Assembly (NCBI GenBank): GCA_963721805.1
Contig: CAVRJY010000002.1
Location: 544,001-608,000, forward strand
Reading direction: 5' to 3'
Origin: Nitrospirota bacterium
Lineage (GTDB): Bacteria; Nitrospirota; Thermodesulfovibrionia; Thermodesulfovibrionales; JdFR-86
DNA length: 64,000 nucleotides
A program made the translations under genes and the position numbers. Positions within the stretch are counted from its first letter, which is position 1. Each line of letters starts with the position of its first letter. The notes beneath the pieces were generated by a model that was given only the letters and a program-made list of their open reading frames with translations, did not search any database and had not been told where the DNA came from. This document shows, piece after piece, positions 58,297 through 64,000 of this stretch.

Positions 58297-59369
58297 GGTT
58301 CCTGCCGCAGGTGCTGCTGCGTAACAGGCCTGTGCACCTGACGCTCTTCGTGACCGCGCGCTGCAACGCGCGTTGCGAGTTCTGCTTCACCCGCGCGAGA
58401 GAGGACGCGGCAGCGGGCCGGGAGCTCTCGCTTGAGGAGATCACGCGGCTCTCGCGGTCGGTGGGGACGCTGCTCTGGCTGGCGTTCTCGGGCGGCGAGC
58501 CGTACCTCAGGGAAGACATCGCTGAGATCGCGGAGGTCTTCTACCGCCAAAACAGGCCGAGCATAATACTGCTTCCCACAAACGCCCTCCAGCCAGAGCT
58601 GATCCGCGACAGGACTCGCCGGATCCTGCGCGCATGCCCGGATAGCATCGTTGCCGTGAAGCTCTCGCTCGACGGGCTCGGCCCGCGTCACGACGCGCTG
58701 CGCGGCGTGCCTGGAGCGTTCGAGCGCGTGATTGAGACCTACCACGCCCTCGCGCCGATGCTCGATGAGTTCCGGAACTTCGAGCTCGGCGTCAATACGG
58801 TCTTCTGCCCCGAAAACCAGGACGAGATGGCCGCGATAGCCGCCTTCGCGGCGCGCGAGATGCCCCGCATCCGCACGCACACGATCTCGCTCGTGCGAGG
58901 GGTCGAGGCCGCGGAGCGAGTTGATCCCGCGAAGTACCTGCAAGCCGCGCTGATGCTCGAGCGCTCGATCCACTCCGGCGAAGCGCCGGTGTATGGCTTC
59001 CGGGGCGCACGCATCAAGGCCGCGCAGGACGTGCTGCAGCGCCGTGCGATCCACCGCACGCTCACCGAGCGCCGCGCCCAGATGCCCTGCCTCGCCGGGC
59101 GGATCAACGCGGTCGTCACCGAGCTTGGCGAGGTCTACCCGTGCGAGGACTTCACGCGCGCTATGTCGATGGGCAATATCCGCGAGCACGGCTGCGACCT
59201 CTCAGCGGTGCTGCGCACCAAGAGGGCGAATGAGGTGGTGGAGGGTATCAGCCGCAGAGGCTGCTGCTGCACGCATGAGTGCTTCATGATGACGAACATA
59301 CTTTTTAATCCCGCCCGATATCCCGCGCTCGCGGCCGAGCTGCTCTCGATCAGAGGCCGCTTTACCTAA
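58281..59369 (+). CDS. Radical SAM protein with SPASM/twitch-like C-terminus
   Basis: CNARCEFC, FSGGEP, SLDG..HDALRG, CLAG..YPCE..CCCTHEC; GGAGG RBS before GTG. Confidence 0.85.
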   Translation: MHSALRFLPQVLLRNRPVHLTLFVTARCNARCEFCFTRAREDAAAGRELSLEEITRLSRSVGTLLWLAFSGGEPYLREDIAEIAEVFYRQNRPSIILLPTNALQPELIRDRTRRILRACPDSIVAVKLSLDGLGPRHDALRGVPGAFERVIETYHALAPMLDEFRNFELGVNTVFCPENQDEMAAIAAFAAREMPRIRTHTISLVRGVEAAERVDPAKYLQAALMLERSIHSGEAPVYGFRGARIKAAQDVLQRRAIHRTLTERRAQMPCLAGRINAVVTELGEVYPCEDFTRAMSMGNIREHGCDLSAVLRTKRANEVVEGISRRGCCCTHECFMMTNILFNPARYPALAAELLSIRGRFT

Positions 59370-60114
59370 AGACGTCCGGGCCGACAGCGCTTAGCGGCAG
59401 CACCTCATAGTCCTTGCGCGAGACCGGCTTAAAGGCATTCTCGGGCAGCTCGACGTTCAGCTCTGGATCGATCAGCCTGAAGTCCATCTCAGGGCCGCGC
59501 ACGATGTCGAGCACGACGCGTCCCGGCATGCGGCCATCAAACTTGTCAAACCCGATCTGCACGAACGGATGGCCCTCGACGTACAGCGAGAGCCCCGCGT
59601 TGCGCAGCGTGCGGGCCTCAAACATATAGACGCTCCGGGGCTTGACCGTGCCATCCTCGAGCCTCGCATAGCTCACGAGGTCGATTATGTCCCCACCGCG
59701 CATGATCCGCGGTGCGATATCATTGGGAGCGTCCTCAAGCAGCGAGCCGCCCGTGTATAGCTTGCGGTGGACCGGGTCCTGAAGCTCGAACTCCCCGCGA
59801 GAGTTGAGGATGTCGGCCACGGTCACGCCGAACGGGCCATAGAGCCTGATGCGCAGCGAATCCGGAGCCTTGAAGAAAAACACGCCATCGAAGCCGTTCC
59901 TGCTCCCGTCCGGGAACGTAACCGTGCCCTTGACCTCGGCGCGAACGGAATTGTAGAGGTGGATGAACTCGTTCGAGCGCAGAGCGTCGAGCGTCACCTC
60001 GCCCGTATATGCCGGAAGCTCGGCCTCAGGCCGGACAGCGGCGGGCTTGGCCGCACAGGCGAAGAGCGCAATGCACAGCGCCGCGACGAGCGTTAGCCTC
60101 AACAGGGATTTCAT
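59362..60114 (-). CDS. Lipoprotein, LolA/LolB-like fold predicted
   Basis: Lipobox LFAC; PDSLRIRLYGPFG motif; C-terminal LNVELPENAF. Confidence 0.65.
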   Translation of the reverse strand: MKSLLRLTLVAALCIALFACAAKPAAVRPEAELPAYTGEVTLDALRSNEFIHLYNSVRAEVKGTVTFPDGSRNGFDGVFFFKAPDSLRIRLYGPFGVTVADILNSRGEFELQDPVHRKLYTGGSLLEDAPNDIAPRIMRGGDIIDLVSYARLEDGTVKPRSVYMFEARTLRNAGLSLYVEGHPFVQIGFDKFDGRMPGRVVLDIVRGPEMDFRLIDPELNVELPENAFKPVSRKDYEVLPLSAVGPDVFR

Positions 60115-60226
60115 AAGTGTCTATTATACCTGTAAGCGGTCATAATGGAGGCTGTTCGCTTCACGCAGGGTTGCGATGGCAGCGAACGTATGTCATTCGG
60201 GGCCGAACGGCCCCTCAGCGGGAGCT

Positions 60227-60415
60227 TCAAGTGGGTGATGTGCAGCATGCCGCCGCACGTGACTTCGATTTCAGCGACTCATCCTCGTTCATATGGCACT
60301 TTTTATATTTCCTCCCGCTTCCGCACCAGCACGGCTCGTTGCGGCCAAGCTCGGGCCTCACCGGCTCAGGGGCCGGCTCCCTGAACACCTTTCCAATCGT
60401 GTCGAATATGCCCAT
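60227..60415 (-). CDS. Small SEC-C zinc-motif protein (possibly extended through UGA to 60215)
   Basis: [25 protein letters not shown]; Cys-rich C-terminus. Confidence 0.82.
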   Translation of the reverse strand: MGIFDTIGKVFREPAPEPVRPELGRNEPCWCGSGRKYKKCHMNEDESLKSKSRAAACCTSPT

Positions 60416-60545
60416 CGTGACCTCTTAAAGTTTAGGTTTATCGCAACTACTAATTATACCGCCCGTTAACGCCCAATGTAAAACAGGGCCCCGCGCCCCC
60501 GTGGTCAACGACTTAATTAGATGCGTAGTTATATTCATAGTTACC

Positions 60546-60571
60546 GCGCGCGGCCGCGCGCATTTTTTTTT
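60546..60571 (+). terminator. Orphan terminator-like element
   Basis: Palindrome GCGCGCGGCCGCGCGC followed by A and 9 T. Confidence 0.5.
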
Positions 60572-60787
60572 GAAGCGTTCAAATGAACAGAGAAAAAACA
60601 CCTCAACCTCGCGGAAAATAACAGTTTTCATCGGCATCCCATGTTTAGGCGTTCAGAAACGTTTTTCGCGCACTCAAAAGCATTTCTCAAATGTGATTGA
60701 GTGCGTGGTTTTCCATACATCTCGCCCGTCTCTGACCTCGCTAATATAGTCTCTATATACTTCATGCGCAATGATAGAACGGACAGG

Positions 60788-60843
60788 CGGAACTGGTCAA
60801 TGGGAACCGGTTCCCAGGAACCAGTTCCCATTGACCAGTTCCG
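60788..60843. repeat. 27-bp inverted repeat (1 mismatch, 2-nt spacer)
   Basis: CGGAACTGGTCAATGGGAACCGGTTCC-CA-GGAACCAGTTCCCATTGACCAGTTCCG. Confidence 0.9.
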
Positions 60844-60916
60844 GGGCTTTATGTTATGGGGCGTTTTAACGGTATAAAGGCCGGCATACCGCCTTATTTA
60901 AATGTATCGAAACTCA

Positions 60917-60945
60917 TTGACAACCCCCGGCTTATGCGCTAGAGT
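60917..60945 (+). promoter_or_regulatory. sigma70 promoter, copy 1
   Basis: TTGACA-17 nt-TAGAGT; conserved in the second copy. Confidence 0.7.
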
Positions 60946-60986
60946 CTGGTTAAGGCCGCGATAACGCGTGAAAGGAGAGCAAGACC

Positions 60987-61157
60987 ATGGACCTGAAGTT
61001 ATCCAATACGGAGGCGGTCTCTGTCATGACCGCGCTTCAGCACTACGAGAGGGAAGTCGGGCGGATGGGCGAGGACAAGGGCGTCGTGATCGAGAAGAAA
61101 ACCCTCTTGGGCCTGATAAGCAGGCTGGAGTCCATGCCCGCGGGTGAAGTCGAGTAA
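60987..61157 (+). CDS. 56-aa hypothetical microprotein, copy 1 (not in ORF track)
   Basis: MDLKLSNTEAVSVMTALQHYEREVGRMGEDKGVVIEKKTLLGLISRLESMPAGEVE; AAAGGAGAG RBS; paralog immediately downstream. Confidence 0.85.
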   Translation: MDLKLSNTEAVSVMTALQHYEREVGRMGEDKGVVIEKKTLLGLISRLESMPAGEVE

Positions 61158-61197
61158 GAGGGGCGGACAATTATCCCGGCGTCCGCGCTAAAGATTC

Positions 61198-61226
61198 TTG
61201 ACAGTGCCCATCTTCTGCGCTAGAGT
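61198..61226 (+). promoter_or_regulatory. sigma70 promoter, copy 2
   Basis: TTGACA-17 nt-TAGAGT with TGCGC before the -10, as in copy 1. Confidence 0.7.
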
Positions 61227-61266
61227 TTGCTATAGCCGTGACACCATTGACAAAGGAGAGCAGACC

Positions 61267-61437
61267 ATGGACCTGAAGCTATCTGGCATCGAGGCGGTTT
61301 CAGTATTGACCGCGCTGCAGCACTATCAGAAGGAAGTCGAGAGGATGTCTTCCGCTAAAGGCATAGAGATTGAAAAGAAAACCTTAAAGGACCTGATCAA
61401 CAGGCTCGAGGCCATGCCCGCGGGCGAGGTCGACTAG
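61267..61437 (+). CDS. 56-aa hypothetical microprotein, copy 2
   Basis: MDLKLSGIEAVSVLTALQHYQKEVERMSSAKGIEIEKKTLKDLINRLEAMPAGEVD; 40/56 identical to copy 1 by manual alignment. Confidence 0.85.
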   Translation: MDLKLSGIEAVSVLTALQHYQKEVERMSSAKGIEIEKKTLKDLINRLEAMPAGEVD

Positions 61438-61458
61438 GAAGCGATAGGAACGGCTTAA

Positions 61459-62151
61459 TTATTTAGGCGGGCGGACGGCGAGCCAGATCGTATGCTGCCC
61501 GCCGCGTCCGCCGCCGCCGGACGTCCTCGCGCGCACGATGGTCTCGCTGACCTGAAACCCGGCCTGCTTGAGACGTTTTGTAAAGGGCTTGCTCGGCGCC
61601 GCCGACCATACGGCAAGCACGCCGCCGGGGCGGAGCGCCCTCATCGCGGCTGCCAGCCCATCGGGGCTGTAAAGCCTGTCGTTCGCGGTCCGGGTCAGGC
61701 CTTCCGGGCTGTTGTCGACGTCAAGGAGCATCGCGTCCCATGCCTCCTTCGCCCCGTGTATCATATCGGCCACGTCCGCCTCGACGACCTTCGTCCTGCG
61801 GTCTTCCGTGGGATGCCCGGCAACCTCAGAAAGCGGCCCTGTCGTATTCCACTCAATGACGTCGGGCGAGAGCTCTGCCACTACCACCTGCGCCTTCGGC
61901 CCGAGCAGCCTGAGCGCGGCTGCGGCAGTAAATCCCATACCAAGCCCCCCGACCAGCACCCGAGCGATTTTAACGTTAACGAGCTTCGCGCATGCGAGCT
62001 CCGCAAGCGCATCCTCAGAGGCATGCGCACGGCTATTCATCAGCTCATACCCTTCTAATCTTAGAGAGAACTCCATCCCACGGCGTGTGAGCCGCAGCTC
62101 GCCCCCGTCGCCCGGAAGAACTGCGACGCCGATCAGTTCCCAGGGGATCAT
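61459..62151 (-). CDS. Spermidine-synthase-like SAM-dependent transferase
   Basis: ELMNSRAHASE, VLVGGLGMGFT, VAEL, LLDVDNSP, LRPGGVLAVWSA. Confidence 0.8.
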   Translation of the reverse strand: MIPWELIGVAVLPGDGGELRLTRRGMEFSLRLEGYELMNSRAHASEDALAELACAKLVNVKIARVLVGGLGMGFTAAAALRLLGPKAQVVVAELSPDVIEWNTTGPLSEVAGHPTEDRRTKVVEADVADMIHGAKEAWDAMLLDVDNSPEGLTRTANDRLYSPDGLAAAMRALRPGGVLAVWSAAPSKPFTKRLKQAGFQVSETIVRARTSGGGGRGGQHTIWLAVRPPK

Positions 62152-62240
62152 GGCTGACCCGTATCGACGCAAATTTTCATTGAAGCTTAATCTACCCCTC
62201 TTTGGCTATGGGAGTCAATCTCGGTTATAATCTCTGCGAA

Positions 62241-63101
62241 ATGTCCGCGCTACGCAAGATAAGGCTGTACCTGGGGATGATAAAGTTCGCGCACTCGATC
62301 TTCGCGCTCCCGTTCGCGTTCACCGCGGCGCTGCTCGCCTCGGGCGGCATGCCGCCGCTCGGGAAGGTGCTCTGGATAGCGGTCGCGATGGTAGGCGCTC
62401 GAAGCGGGGCGATGGGCCTAAACCGCGTCATCGACATGAGGATCGACGCCGAGAATCCAAGGACAGCCACGCGCGAGATACCGGCCGGGAAGATCTCGAA
62501 GGCCAGCGCTCTTGGTTTCTCGATATTATCTCTGGGCGTGATGGTCTATGCCGCCGCGATGCTCAACCCCCTGTGCTTGCAGCTCTCGCCGCTTGCGATA
62601 GCGGTGCTGGTCGCATACTCATACGCCAAGCGGTTTACGTGGGGCGCGCACTTTATACTGGGCGTAGCGCTCGCGTTTGCGCCTCTGGGGGCGTGGGTCG
62701 CGATCAGGGGCACGCTGGATATCGAGGCCCTGCCTCTCGTGCTCGCGGTGCTGCTCTGGCTCCCTGGTTTTGACGTGCTTTACGCCCTGCAGGACATGGA
62801 GTATGACCGGAGGGTGGGGCTGTTTTCGATCCCCGCGCGCTTCGGCGTGCGCTCGACGCTCTATATCTCGCGGCTGCTGCACCTATGCTCCTGGTCGCTG
62901 CTTGTGCTAAACGGATTCATCTTCGGGCTCGGTCTGATGTACTGGATCGGCATGGCCGTGGTCGCCGCGCTGTTCATCTATGAGCACTCGCTCGTGAAGG
63001 AGGACGACCTGAGCAGGCTAGACATGGCGTTTTTCAACATGAACGGCTACATAAGCGTATCGGTCTTCGTATTCACCGTTCTTAGCTACGCTTTGAGTTG
63101 A
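62241..63101 (+). CDS. ubiA: UbiA-family polyprenyltransferase (MqnP-like)
   Basis: IKFAHSIFALPF, NRVIDMRIDAENPRTATREIP, YSYAKRFT, FDVLYALQD, AFFNMNG. Confidence 0.9.
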   Translation: MSALRKIRLYLGMIKFAHSIFALPFAFTAALLASGGMPPLGKVLWIAVAMVGARSGAMGLNRVIDMRIDAENPRTATREIPAGKISKASALGFSILSLGVMVYAAAMLNPLCLQLSPLAIAVLVAYSYAKRFTWGAHFILGVALAFAPLGAWVAIRGTLDIEALPLVLAVLLWLPGFDVLYALQDMEYDRRVGLFSIPARFGVRSTLYISRLLHLCSWSLLVLNGFIFGLGLMYWIGMAVVAALFIYEHSLVKEDDLSRLDMAFFNMNGYISVSVFVFTVLSYALS

Positions 63102-63108
63102 TCCTGCG

Positions 63109-64000
63109 ATGTCGATGCTGGACCGGATCTTCCGCGCAATCGACGTGGACTTCTCCGCCAAGCTCCGCTGGCGTATGCGGTTCGACCGTAACCCGCTCTT
63201 CGTCACCCTGCAAGACAAATACGCGGTGAAGGAATACGCAAGAGTGCGGGAAGTGGATTCCCCAAAGCTCCTCTACGCAACGGACCGGCCTGAGACGATA
63301 CCGTTTGATGCTCTCCCGCCGAGCTACATGATCAAGGCCAACCACGGCAGCAGCTGGAACGTCCTTTGCCACAACTCCGAGCTCTACCGCTTTCGTAATG
63401 GGAAGGAGCTTGTCATGGCGGGCGGCGAATTTCTGGATGCTGCCCTTGCTGCCAAAAACAGGATCACCAGGGAAGAGGCCATCAGCCTCTGCACGGCCTG
63501 GCTCGGCAGGAGGTTCGTCAAGCGGGAATGGGCCTACCAGCATATCAGACCAAGGATAATAGTCGAGGAGCTGCTTGCGCCAGCGGACGGAGAAGCGCTA
63601 AAGGACTACAAGTTCTACGTGTTCGACGGCGTGGTGAAGGCGCTCTACGTCGGGTCGCCCATTTACAGGCGCGACGATGCGACGGCCTTCTTCTACCCGG
63701 ACTGGACCGAGATAAGGATGACCAAGTCCCGCTTCAGGCCACCTGAGCCGATGCCGCAGAGGCCGGAGAGACTCGCGGAGCTTATCGATGCTGCCCAGCG
63801 GCTGGCGGAAGGCCTGGATTTCGCCCGCGTGGACATGTACGTTACCGGCAGGGGCGTATTGCTTGGCGAGGTAACGATCTATCCCCACGGCGGGACGCTT
63901 GCTACCCTGGCGCCATGCAAGGTATTCGACAGGTGGCTCGGGAGCCACTGGAGGCTCGGCCGGGCCGACGCGGCGGTCGCGTACATATGGGATCTGTTGC
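63109..64000 (+). CDS. TupA-like ATP-grasp amidoligase (3' partial; not in ORF track)
   Basis: Manual translation: LQDKYAVKEYA, IKANHGS, REWAYQHIRPRIIVEELL, DYKFYVFDG, FARVDMY, GEVTIYP; no stop before the window end. Confidence 0.82.
   Translation, partial: MSMLDRIFRAIDVDFSAKLRWRMRFDRNPLFVTLQDKYAVKEYARVREVDSPKLLYATDRPETIPFDALPPSYMIKANHGSSWNVLCHNSELYRFRNGKELVMAGGEFLDAALAAKNRITREEAISLCTAWLGRRFVKREWAYQHIRPRIIVEELLAPADGEALKDYKFYVFDGVVKALYVGSPIYRRDDATAFFYPDWTEIRMTKSRFRPPEPMPQRPERLAELIDAAQRLAEGLDFARVDMYVTGRGVLLGEVTIYPHGGTLATLAPCKVFDRWLGSHWRLGRADAAVAYIWDLL

Noticed and set aside
60425..60831. Short ORFs 60425-60637, 60501-60749 and 60628-60831
   Set aside because: No RBS or recognisable motifs, atypical composition, and they overlap palindromic elements.
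60420..60980. oriC, dif site or CRISPR array in the AT-rich gap
   Set aside because: No DnaA boxes, no complete dif-like 28-mer and no regularly spaced direct repeats.

Overview
A gene-dense, GC-rich bacterial chromosomal segment. Gene content and order (four-subunit POR, mglBA, 6S-rny-ymdB, amidase-GerMN-murI-rph, TatD-radical SAM fusion) suggest an anaerobic diderm such as Nitrospirota (Thermodesulfovibrionia-like) or Desulfobacterota; this is inference only. Bases 1-13.6 kb hold accessory signalling genes: a partial multiheme cytochrome c gene, an RsbU/RsbW/RsbV partner-switch trio translationally coupled to an MlaE/F/D-lipoprotein (MCE) transporter, and a divergent cluster of an atypical Ser/Thr kinase with Cys-ladder beta-helix repeats, an FHA-like adenylate cyclase, a PilB/GspE ATPase with a doubled MshEN, a tandem-cNMP/rhodanese protein and a stand-alone MshEN protein. 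tRNA-Glu and tRNA-Lys follow, then mostly housekeeping genes (rpsP, trmD, rplS, rnhB, pyrF, dcd, 6S RNA, rny, murI, rph, ftsH, folP, murQ, cdd, rnr, xerC, yggS, proC, yggT, divIVA, hisS, apgM, porCDAB, mglBA, ubiA-family) interspersed with three large histidine kinases. The best candidates for undescribed biology are: the cAMP/c-di-GMP/phospho-Thr module around a pilus ATPase; a phosphorylation-switched MCE transporter; a possible SEC-C selenoprotein with a SECIS-like hairpin; a structured RNA in place of khpA/rimM between rpsP and trmD; and a duplicated promoter-plus-56-aa microprotein unit next to a palindrome-rich intergenic region. I saw no CRISPR array, rRNA, prophage or transposase. All calls come from manual motif reading; no database searches were run.
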